64,000 bases of DNA from positions 1-64,000 of the forward strand of contig JBKPAK010000013.1 of assembly GCA_046726415.1 (NCBI GenBank). The letters run 5' to 3'. Each line of letters opens with the position of its first letter. Position 1 is the first letter of the stretch. Shown piece after piece: positions 1 to 8,468 of this stretch. Position numbers and translations under genes: made by a program. Origin of the DNA: Candidatus Methylomirabilota bacterium. GTDB taxonomy: Bacteria > Methylomirabilota > Methylomirabilia > Rokubacteriales > CSP1-6. A model generated the notes under the pieces. It was given only the letters and a program-made list of their open reading frames with translations. It did no database searches and had not been told where the DNA came from.

Positions 1-7
1 TGGTCCC

Positions 8-2851
8 GTGGTCCGGACGCTTCTGCTCCATCTCGACACCGCCGACCACGTGTTGCTGCTGAATATGCATCACATCGTGTGTGACCAGTGGTCGTTCGGC
101 GTCCTCGGCCGCGAGCTGATCTCCCTCTACGCCGCGCACTGTGCCGGTCAACCCCCATCCCTCCAACCCCTCCGCATCCAGTTTGCGGACTTCGCGTCCT
201 GGCAGCGCCAGTGGCTCTCCGGGCCGGTGCTGGAGGCCCAGCTGGCCTACTGGCGTCGTCACCTGGACGGCACGCTGCCGGTACTCGAGCTGCCAGCGGA
301 TCGGACGCGCCCGGCCGCTCCGAGCTACGACGGCGGGTGGCAAACCCGCCGCCTGGCGTCCACCCTCATGACCGCGGTCGAGACGCTCAGCCGGCAGGAG
401 AAGGCCTCCGTGTTCATGAGTCTCATGGCTGGGTTCACCGCCCTTCTGGCGCGATACTCCGGTCAGGACGACATCCTGCTCGGCGTGCCGATCGCCAACC
501 GGAATCACCTCGCCGCCGAGGACCTCATCGGGAACCTCGTGAACACGCTGCCGCTCCGCACGGATCTGTCAGGCGATCCCACCTTTCGCGAACTCCTGCG
601 GCGCGTGAGAAGCACGCTCCTCGACGCTTATGCTCATCAGGACATGCCCTTTGACAAGCTCGTCCTGGAACTCCAGCCCGAGCGCTATACGAGCCACTCT
701 CCGTTGGTCCAGGTGCTGATGAACCTAATCAACGCGCCGATGCCGCATCAGCGCTTGGCCGATCTCGCCTGGGAGCCGTTCGAGTTCGACCGTGGTGCCG
801 CCCAGTTCGACCTGACGTTGACGGTCGACTGGGATCGTGAGGGCTGGGTCAGTCTCGAGTACAGCTCTGATCTGTTCGAGCGGGCGAGCGCGGCACGGAT
901 CCTCGATCACTTCGTGGCCCTCTTGCAGACAGCAGTGGCGGATCCAGACTGCCGCCTGTCGGAGATCTCGCTGCTGACCACGGCCGAGCGTGAGCAGCTC
1001 CTGGTCACGTGGAACCACACCGCGAGTCCTAATCTTCCCGATGCCTCGATCCACGCCCTGTTCGAGGCCCAGGTGGACCGCACGCCTGACGCCGTCGCGG
1101 TGATGGGACCCGAAGGCTCCCTGACCTACTGCGAGCTGGAACGCCGGGCCAACCAGCTCGCGCGTCACCTCCAGGCTCTGGGCGTGGGCCAGGAGACCCT
1201 GGTCGGTATCTGCCTCGAGCGTTCGACCATGACCTTCATCGCCCTGCTCGGCGTGCTCAAGGCCGGTGGTGCCTTCGTACCGCTGGACCCGGGTAATCCG
1301 CCCGAGCGTCTGGCCTTCATGATGACGGATTCCGGTGCCCCGGTGCTGCTCACCGACCGACGGCACGCGCCCGAGTCGATGGGGGCGGGGGTCCGAGTGG
1401 TGCTCCTCGATGCCGAATGGCCGACCATCGCGCATCAGAGCGAAACGCGGCTCGACGGCGCGGTCGGCGGCAATCACCTCGCGTACGTCATCTACACGTC
1501 GGGGTCGACCGGGACTCCCAAGGGGGTTCTGGGGTTGCACCGCGGGGCCGTCAACCGCTTCCACTGGATGTGGCGGGCGTATCCATTCTCGACCGGAGAG
1601 CTGTGCTGCCAGAAGACGTCCACCAGCTTCGTGGATTCCATCTGGGAGATCTTTGGGCCGCTCCTCCAGGGCGTTCCAACCGTGGTGATCCCCGACGAGG
1701 CGGTGCGCGAGCCACGGCGGCTAATTCAGATGCTCGCTGAGCACCGCGTGACGCGGATCGTCCTGGTTCCGTCCTTGCTCAGGGCCATGCTCGAGACCGA
1801 GCCAGAGCTGGGCACCCGCGCTCCCCACCTCCGCCTCTGGGTGTCGAGCGGGGAGGCGCTCGGCCGCGACCTCGTTCGGCGCTTCCGCGAGTGCGCCCCC
1901 GACGCGGTCCTGCTCAATCTGTACGGCTCCTCGGAGGTGGCTGCCGATTCGACCTTCCACGAGGTAACAGACGCGGACGCGCGCGCGGCCGTCCCCATCG
2001 GCCGACCCATCGACAACACCCAGATCTACATCCTCGACGACCGGCAGCAGCCCGTTCCCGTCGGTATGGCCGGGGAGCTCTACATCAGTGGCTACGGCTT
2101 GGCCCGAGGCTACCTGAACCGGCCGGAGCTCACGGCCGAGAGGTTCGTTGTCAATCCCTTTAGCGGTGAGGCGGGGGCACGGATGTACCGAACGGGGGAT
2201 CGCGCCCGCTACCGGAGCGACGGGACGATCGAGTACCTGGGCCGGCGCGATTCGCAGATCAAGGTCCGCGGATTTCGTATTGAACTCAGTGAGGTCGAGT
2301 CCGCCTTGGCCGCGCACCCCGATGTGACCAAGGCCGTCGCCGTGGCACAGCAGGAGAACACGGGCGACCCGAGGCTGGTGGGCTACGTCGTTCCCAAGAA
2401 TGGCGTGCGCCCGATCGACATCCTCGACTTCGCGCGCCGTTGGCTTCCTGGCTACATGGTGCCCTCGGCCCTCGTGCTCATGGAGGCTTTGCCTCTCACG
2501 CCGAGCGGTAAGGTGGATCGGCGGGCTCTTCCGGCGCCGGGCGCTGTCCGACCCGACGTGGCTAATCGGCCGCGCACCGCCACCGAGGCCGCCCTGGCAC
2601 GGATGTGGGCGGAGCTGCTCGGACTGAACGAGGTCGGGGTGCACGACAACTTCTTCGACCTCGGCGGACACTCGCTCCTGGCCGCCCAGCTCGTGGCCCG
2701 GATCGAGGAGGCATTCTTCACCACCCTGCCCCTCCGCAGCCTGTTCGAGGCACCCACGGTGGCGAGGCTGGTGGGGTTGATCGAGGCACTGCTCATGACT
2801 CCCGTGAGGCCGTTGGCGCAGGACGGGGAGCGCGTCGAGATCGAGCTATGA
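8..2851 (+). CDS. NRPS terminal module C-A-PCP; 5' end lies upstream of the window; A domain predicted to activate beta-alanine
   Basis: C motif HHIVCDQWS; A motifs YTSGSTGTPKG, GELYISG, YRTGD, KVRGFRIE, SGKVDR; PCP motif FFDLGGHSL; no TE; ends in RVEIEL. Confidence 0.95.
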   Translation: MVRTLLLHLDTADHVLLLNMHHIVCDQWSFGVLGRELISLYAAHCAGQPPSLQPLRIQFADFASWQRQWLSGPVLEAQLAYWRRHLDGTLPVLELPADRTRPAAPSYDGGWQTRRLASTLMTAVETLSRQEKASVFMSLMAGFTALLARYSGQDDILLGVPIANRNHLAAEDLIGNLVNTLPLRTDLSGDPTFRELLRRVRSTLLDAYAHQDMPFDKLVLELQPERYTSHSPLVQVLMNLINAPMPHQRLADLAWEPFEFDRGAAQFDLTLTVDWDREGWVSLEYSSDLFERASAARILDHFVALLQTAVADPDCRLSEISLLTTAEREQLLVTWNHTASPNLPDASIHALFEAQVDRTPDAVAVMGPEGSLTYCELERRANQLARHLQALGVGQETLVGICLERSTMTFIALLGVLKAGGAFVPLDPGNPPERLAFMMTDSGAPVLLTDRRHAPESMGAGVRVVLLDAEWPTIAHQSETRLDGAVGGNHLAYVIYTSGSTGTPKGVLGLHRGAVNRFHWMWRAYPFSTGELCCQKTSTSFVDSIWEIFGPLLQGVPTVVIPDEAVREPRRLIQMLAEHRVTRIVLVPSLLRAMLETEPELGTRAPHLRLWVSSGEALGRDLVRRFRECAPDAVLLNLYGSSEVAADSTFHEVTDADARAAVPIGRPIDNTQIYILDDRQQPVPVGMAGELYISGYGLARGYLNRPELTAERFVVNPFSGEAGARMYRTGDRARYRSDGTIEYLGRRDSQIKVRGFRIELSEVESALAAHPDVTKAVAVAQQENTGDPRLVGYVVPKNGVRPIDILDFARRWLPGYMVPSALVLMEALPLTPSGKVDRRALPAPGAVRPDVANRPRTATEAALARMWAELLGLNEVGVHDNFFDLGGHSLLAAQLVARIEEAFFTTLPLRSLFEAPTVARLVGLIEALLMTPVRPLAQDGERVEIEL

Positions 2852-2888
2852 CCGGCGCCTGGGCAGTCACCGCTGTCCTCGTCCGAGC

Positions 2889-4493
2889 ATGAGGCTCCTC
2901 CTCTTCCTAGGACGCCGCTCGTGGACGCTCGGAATTGGCGCCCTGGCGGCCGGCGCGACGAGCGGTCTCTGCGCCGCAGCTCTCATAGCCCTGATCAACA
3001 GGTCGCTTAACCGACCGGATCCATGGGGCATCACGCTGGTTTGGGGATTCACAGGGCTCGTCCTGGTGCGGGTCATCTCGGGGGGAGCCGCCCAGATCTT
3101 GGCCAATTACTTCTCGCAGCACGTGCTCGCCGGCCTCTGCCGTGACCTGAGCCGGCGGATACTTGCCGTGCCCCTGCCGCGGCTCGAGGCGATCGGCATG
3201 CCGCGCATGCTGGTCACGCTCACCGAGGAGGTCGCGGTCATCGCCTGGGCCATACAGAGCTTGCCGGGTCTCGCCATCAATCTCGCGATCCTCGGGGGCT
3301 GCGCTGTCTATCTCGCGTGGCTTTCCTGGCCGATCTTCCTCGGAGTTTCCGGCTTCGTCGCGGTCGGCACGAGCACTTTTCTCCTCCTGCTCCAGCCGGC
3401 GCAACGGCAGTGGCGGCAGCTGTGGCGACATCGGGAGCGACTCGTCGGCCACCTCCGCGCGCTGATCGACGGGATGAAGGAGCTGAAGCTGCACGCCCCG
3501 CGTCGCGAGGCGTTTCTCTCCGGCTCCCTCGGCGACGCTCTGGAGGCGGTTCGGCAAGCGAGCCTGCACGGCGCCATACGCCAGGCGGTCGCCAGCGCCT
3601 GGAGCCAGGCGCTGTTCTTCCTGCTCGTCGGGATCCTCGCGTTCGGTATGGCGAGCCTCCGCGAGGGCCGTAGTGAGGCGCTGACGGGCTACCTGCTCGT
3701 AGCGATTTACATGGTGAATCCGCTCTGGAGCGTCATCGACACATGGCCGGGCATCGCTCGGGGCAGCCTCGCCGTCGAAGGAGTCATGGAGCTGACCAGC
3801 TGGCTGGATGCTGGGTCAGCGCCGGCGTCGGCCGCCCAGCCCAGCATGAGGTGGGAGCGGCTCGAGCTCAAGGGCGTCATCTTCGCTTACCCCGCTGAGA
3901 ACGGTACGAAACCCTTCCAGCTGGGACCCCTGGATTTCACGCTGCAGCCGGGCGAGATCGTGTTCGTGGCCGGTGGAAACGGCAGTGGCAAGTCCACCTT
4001 CGCGAAGGTCCTCACCGGCCTGTACCCGCCCGAGGCCGGGGAGATCCGGCTGGACGGCAACCTGGTTACCGAGACGACGCGCGAGTGGTACCACGGGCAC
4101 TTCTCGGCGATCTTCTCGGACTTCCACCTTTTCGAGCGCCTGCTAGGGCTCACCGGCCCCGATCTGGATGCGCGGGCCCGCGCCCATCTCGCCCGGCTCG
4201 AGCTCGACGGCAAGGTCCAAGTGGAGAACGGTGTCTTCTCGACCACCGTGCTGTCCTCGGGGCAGCGCAAGCGGTTGGCCCTTCTCACCGCGCTCCTCGA
4301 AGATCGGCCGATCTACGTGCTCGACGAGTGGGCGGCGGACCAGGATCCGCACTTCCGCAATATCTTCTATACCGCCCTCCTGCCCGAGCTCAGACGCCGG
4401 GGCAAGGCGGTAGTGGTGATCAGCCACGACGATCGCTACTACGGGCTTGGCGATCGTACGGTGCGGCTCGCGTACGGCCAGGTGGCTACATGA
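2889..4493 (+). CDS. Cyclic-peptide export ABC transporter (SyrD/PvdE/YojI family), fused TMD-NBD
   Basis: N-terminal TM helices; GMKELKL motif; Walker A GGNGSGKST; LSSGQRKRLAL; DEWAADQDP; ISHDDRY. Confidence 0.93.
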   Translation: MRLLLFLGRRSWTLGIGALAAGATSGLCAAALIALINRSLNRPDPWGITLVWGFTGLVLVRVISGGAAQILANYFSQHVLAGLCRDLSRRILAVPLPRLEAIGMPRMLVTLTEEVAVIAWAIQSLPGLAINLAILGGCAVYLAWLSWPIFLGVSGFVAVGTSTFLLLLQPAQRQWRQLWRHRERLVGHLRALIDGMKELKLHAPRREAFLSGSLGDALEAVRQASLHGAIRQAVASAWSQALFFLLVGILAFGMASLREGRSEALTGYLLVAIYMVNPLWSVIDTWPGIARGSLAVEGVMELTSWLDAGSAPASAAQPSMRWERLELKGVIFAYPAENGTKPFQLGPLDFTLQPGEIVFVAGGNGSGKSTFAKVLTGLYPPEAGEIRLDGNLVTETTREWYHGHFSAIFSDFHLFERLLGLTGPDLDARARAHLARLELDGKVQVENGVFSTTVLSSGQRKRLALLTALLEDRPIYVLDEWAADQDPHFRNIFYTALLPELRRRGKAVVVISHDDRYYGLGDRTVRLAYGQVAT

Positions 4494-5500
4494 CCACCCG
4501 CGAGTTCCTGCAGAAGCTCCGGATGCAGGGCGTCCGGGTCTGGGCCGATGGCGACCGACTCCGGGTGAACGCTCCGCAGAACGCCCTTACGGCCGAGCTT
4601 CAGGCGGCGTTGACTGCGCGCAAGCTCGAGATCCAAAGCTTCCTCGAGGCCATCGCCGCGAAGCGGTCGTCGCTCGTACCGATCCAGCCGTCGGGTTCGC
4701 GGCCGGTCTTCTTCGGCGTGCCGGGACCGGACGGCGATGTCTTCTGCTACCTCCAGCTGTCCCGCCAGCTGGGACCGGACCAGCCGTTTTACGCTTTCGA
4801 GGCTCCCGGCGTGGATGGGACCCAACCGCCTCTGACCGGCATCGAGGCCCTGGCCGGTCTGTATCTGCGAGACCTGAAGGTCTTCCAGCCCGACGGGCCC
4901 TACTACATCGGCGGGTTCTGTCTTGGCGGGATCGTCGCGTTCGAGCTCGCCCGTCAGCTCCGGGCCCAGGGGCAGGATGTGGCCCTCCTCGCCCTCCTCG
5001 AAAGCCCGTCGCCGAATGGCCTCAAGCCCCGGCATCGCGCCGCTGGCGCCCGCTGGTGCCGGCGAGACGCGATCGTGGCCCGGCTGCGTTGGCTCGGCGC
5101 CCAACCGTGGCCCGAGCGGCTCGCCTTCGTGCAGAACCGTCTTACCCGGGTCCTTCGTGGCTGTGATCCGGCGGCCCCAGACCAGCCGGTGCGCGGATGG
5201 CAAGAGGAGCAGAAGGACCGGGTGTTTCGGGCGACCCTCGAGGCGGCGTACGCCTACGTGTTAGAAGCCCGCACGTACCCGGGGCGGATCGTTCTCTTCC
5301 TGGGGAGCCAGGGCTTGAGGCGGAGCGCCTACTGGCGCCAGCTCGACTGGGCGCGGGTCGCGGCCGGCGGGCTCGAGGTCAACGTGGGACCCGCCGGCTG
5401 TACCGACCACCTGATGATGCTTCGCGACCCGCCGCGCGTCCTCGCTCTCGCCGAACTCCTCAAGCCCTACCTCGCGCGGCCGCCGCGTCGGCCGCGCTGA
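4490..5500 (+). CDS. Stand-alone thioesterase with N-terminal TubC-type docking domain and Cys nucleophile
   Basis: ATG 4490 overlaps the upstream TGA; N-terminus MTTREFLQKLRMQGVRVWADGDRLRVNAP; TE motifs QPDGPYYIGGFCLGG, VALLALLES, DHLMML. Confidence 0.88.
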   Translation: MTTREFLQKLRMQGVRVWADGDRLRVNAPQNALTAELQAALTARKLEIQSFLEAIAAKRSSLVPIQPSGSRPVFFGVPGPDGDVFCYLQLSRQLGPDQPFYAFEAPGVDGTQPPLTGIEALAGLYLRDLKVFQPDGPYYIGGFCLGGIVAFELARQLRAQGQDVALLALLESPSPNGLKPRHRAAGARWCRRDAIVARLRWLGAQPWPERLAFVQNRLTRVLRGCDPAAPDQPVRGWQEEQKDRVFRATLEAAYAYVLEARTYPGRIVLFLGSQGLRRSAYWRQLDWARVAAGGLEVNVGPAGCTDHLMMLRDPPRVLALAELLKPYLARPPRRPR

Positions 5501-6978
5501 TGCGCTCCCGACCGGTATACTTCCGAGCGGTAGCGGCATTACTTGGCAGTGGGGCAGCGTACTTCCTCGTCCAAGGGGCGTCTCCGCTGTGGCCGCTCGC
5601 ATGGCTTGCGCCTGCGCCGATCCTCGCCTTCAGCTTTGAAGCGTCGGCTGGGGCCGCGGCGGTTGCCGCCTTCGGCGCCTCCGGGTTGGCAGGCCTCGCC
5701 GTCCTCCCACTGGCCGCGAAGATGGTGCCCGTGCCCCTGCTTGCCGCCTTTCTCCTCGTCACTTCCGCAGCGTTCACGGCCGCCGTGCTCGTGGCGCGAC
5801 GCGTGACCATCCGGCTCAACCGATGGGCCGCAGTCTGGGCCTTTCCGATTATGTGGACCGCGTGGGAGCATTTCCTCTCGCTGCTGGGCGTGGTCGGCAT
5901 CGCCTACTCACAAGTGGACTTTCCGCCGGCGATTCAGATCGCGGCATGGGCGGGCGCGCCCGCTGTGACGTTTGTCGTATCGCTAGCGCCGTCATCGCTC
6001 GCGGTGGCATGGCGACTGCGCCGCCACCGAGAGCAGGCGCTCCGAGCACTGGCGATCCCGCTGGCGCTCTGCGCTGGAGTGCTTGGATGGGGCGCGTGGC
6101 GACTCGCGCGACCGGCGACCGGGGCCGCCGTGCGCGTTGGGCTGGCGGCCAGCGATGAGACGGTGCGCTTCTTTCGTACCGAGCGCGCGGACGAGGCGTT
6201 TGCCGTCGTCGCCGCTTACGCGCGTCGAGTCGACGATCTCGCAGGGCAGGGCGCGCAAGTCGTGGTCTTGCCCGAAAAGTTCGTCGGTGTCACGCCAGCC
6301 TATGTCGATGCCGTCCGTGACACGCTGGCGGAGGCCGCGCGCGCGCACCGTGTGTGGGTTGTCGCGGGTCTCAACCGGATCGAGGGGCCGCCGCGCCGGA
6401 ACGTTGCGCTCGTGCTCGACCCGCGCGGAGAGGTCGCGATGGAGTACGACAAGGTCCATCTGCTCCACCCGTTCGAGAACGGCTACCGGGTGGGGCGGGC
6501 CCCCGCCACCATCCGGACGTCTGAGGGAACCTGGGGTATCGCCATTTGCCGGGATCTGATGTTTAAGGACGTTGGCCGCGCGAACTCACGTGCGGGCGCC
6601 GGGCTTCTTTTGGTCCCGGCGTGGGACTTCGTCGCGGACGGACGCCTGGCCTCGCGAGTTGCGGCGATGCGTGCGGTGGAGGGCGGGTTCGCCGTGGCGC
6701 GCGCGGCCCAAGAGGGCCTCGTCGCGGTCAGCGACGACCGCGGGCGCATCTTGGCTGAGGCCGCAACGAGCGACAAACGCGAGGCCCTTCTCGTCGTCGA
6801 CGTCTCGACAGGGCCTGGGGGGACGCTCTACGCGCGCGCCGGCGACTGGTTTGCCTGGACCGTGACCGCGATCGCCGCGGCGATCCTCGTTGCCCTTGGC
6901 GCCGACGCAATTCAGGGAGGCAGAGCCGAGTGCTTCGCCAGCGGCGCGTCAAACCCAGGCAACGCAAACCCGCGCTAG
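5500..6978 (+). CDS. Apolipoprotein N-acyltransferase (Lnt)-like membrane protein, nitrilase superfamily
   Basis: ATG 5500 overlaps the TE stop; about 6-7 N-terminal TM segments, IAYSQ motif, triad VVLPE / YDKVHL / AICRD, TLYARAGDWF plus C-terminal TM. Confidence 0.82.
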   Translation: MRSRPVYFRAVAALLGSGAAYFLVQGASPLWPLAWLAPAPILAFSFEASAGAAAVAAFGASGLAGLAVLPLAAKMVPVPLLAAFLLVTSAAFTAAVLVARRVTIRLNRWAAVWAFPIMWTAWEHFLSLLGVVGIAYSQVDFPPAIQIAAWAGAPAVTFVVSLAPSSLAVAWRLRRHREQALRALAIPLALCAGVLGWGAWRLARPATGAAVRVGLAASDETVRFFRTERADEAFAVVAAYARRVDDLAGQGAQVVVLPEKFVGVTPAYVDAVRDTLAEAARAHRVWVVAGLNRIEGPPRRNVALVLDPRGEVAMEYDKVHLLHPFENGYRVGRAPATIRTSEGTWGIAICRDLMFKDVGRANSRAGAGLLLVPAWDFVADGRLASRVAAMRAVEGGFAVARAAQEGLVAVSDDRGRILAEAATSDKREALLVVDVSTGPGGTLYARAGDWFAWTVTAIAAAILVALGADAIQGGRAECFASGASNPGNANPR

Positions 6979-7118
6979 AGCGCAAAACTCAGCACAAGAG
7001 CCTTTCAGCTTGTTTGCAGGACTTTGCCAAGTCGCTGACACTGCAACCGCTCGGAATGCACTGCTAAACTGTCGATCTTTCGCCTAGTTACTCAGGCTAC
7101 TTCAGTCATATGCAGACA

Positions 7119-7133
7119 CGGCATAGAAGTTGC
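7119..7133 (+). promoter_or_regulatory. Putative sigma54 -24/-12 promoter
   Basis: CGGCATAGAAGTTGC, with GG-N10-GC spacing, in the intergenic region upstream of the plus-strand EPS operon. Confidence 0.7.
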
Positions 7134-7307
7134 CGAGTCTAACACCGCGTTGGGTTAACCCTCTCGTAATCGCTCCCTCCGGAGAGGCCTCGTCTCACGA
7201 AGGGTGGTGCCCTTGCTGGCCGGGCTGGCAGGGGAGAGCGTACGGGGGTGGGCACCGATTGCTCATGGCAGTAGCGGTAGCGCCTCTGTTCGACGCATGG
7301 AGCCGTC

Positions 7308-8468
7308 ATGGAGCTAGACCAGGTGTCCGTGAATGAAGCCGCGGTCGCGATCGCGCATGGGCCCCCCCGCCAAGACGCGCTCGAGATCCGCGGTGGCTCG
7401 TCACCCATCGAAGACGAGCCGCTTCCGACGGGCCCTCCAACCCGGTGCATGACCAACGACGAGAACCCAGTCACCAGGGTGCAGGACGAGCTGGCGCTCT
7501 GGGCCAGCCCCGGGATGAGGGATGTCCGCGACACCATCACAGGGGCCGCGGTCATCGACGTCACCGTCCTGATCACGGGTGAGACCGGCACTGGCAAAGA
7601 GCTCGTGGCGCGGGCGGTCCACTACCTGGGTGGCCGTCGCCATGGACCGCTGGTTAAGGTGAACTGCGCCGCGGTGGCGCGCGAGCTCCTGGAGAGCGAG
7701 CTGTTCGGGCACGAGCGCGGGGCCTTCACGAGCGCCCATCAGCTCAAGATCGGCAAGTTCGAAACCGCCAACCACGGGACGATCTTCCTGGACGAAGTCG
7801 GCGACCTTCACCCGGCCGTCCAGGCCAAGCTCCTTCACATCCTGGAGGACGGACAGTTCTCTCGAGTGGGCGGCCGGTCGAACATCAAGGTCGACGTGCG
7901 GGTCGTCGCGGCGACCAATCAAGATCTAGAGGCCTCAGTCGCCGCTGGCAGGTTCCGTGAAGACCTTTTCTATCGGCTGAACGTCATCCGGATCATCGTG
8001 CCTCCACTCCGCCAGCGCGCGGAGGAGATCCCAGTCCTGGCGAACTACTTCGTCGACCGCTATGCGAGGCTCTTCGGGCGGGAGGGCTTCATGCTGCCGC
8101 TCGAGACCATGGAGCGGTTGAAGCAGCACAGCTTTCCGGGCAATGTCCGCGAGCTGGAGAACATGATCAAGCGCATGGTCGTGCTGAACGATCTTGACCT
8201 CACGCGGGTTCCCCTCGTCGGCGTGACGGCGAGCGACAACGACCAGCGCCCTGCCAGGCGGACCGTGATAGCAGCCGGCTCACTGAGGGCCATCTCCCGG
8301 AAGGCCGCGCAGGCCGCCGAACAGAGCGCGATCCTGAAAGCACTCGAGGAGACCCAGTGGAACCGGCTGAGGGCTGCCAAGCTACTGAACATCAGCTACC
8401 GGTCGCTGCTCTACAAGATCAAGGAGGCCGGGCTGGACGGCAAACGGAAGGCCGCTGACCTCTCATGA
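7308..8468 (+). CDS. Sigma54-type enhancer-binding protein (AAA+ plus Fis HTH) with no receiver domain and a GAFTSA loop
   Basis: GETGTGKE, ESELFGHERGAFTSA, FLDEVGD, RFREDLFYRL, FPGNVREL, C-terminal HTH; start codon uncertain. Confidence 0.9.
   Translation: MELDQVSVNEAAVAIAHGPPRQDALEIRGGSSPIEDEPLPTGPPTRCMTNDENPVTRVQDELALWASPGMRDVRDTITGAAVIDVTVLITGETGTGKELVARAVHYLGGRRHGPLVKVNCAAVARELLESELFGHERGAFTSAHQLKIGKFETANHGTIFLDEVGDLHPAVQAKLLHILEDGQFSRVGGRSNIKVDVRVVAATNQDLEASVAAGRFREDLFYRLNVIRIIVPPLRQRAEEIPVLANYFVDRYARLFGREGFMLPLETMERLKQHSFPGNVRELENMIKRMVVLNDLDLTRVPLVGVTASDNDQRPARRTVIAAGSLRAISRKAAQAAEQSAILKALEETQWNRLRAAKLLNISYRSLLYKIKEAGLDGKRKAADLS

Noticed and set aside
68-94. C-domain HHIVCDQ as an inactive or special domain
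   Set aside because: The catalytic His and Asp are intact; the G-to-Q change alone is insufficient, and the domain is cut by the window edge
7249-7263. Additional sigma54 promoter GGCACCGATTGC
   Set aside because: GG-to-GC spacing is two bases short of the required N10
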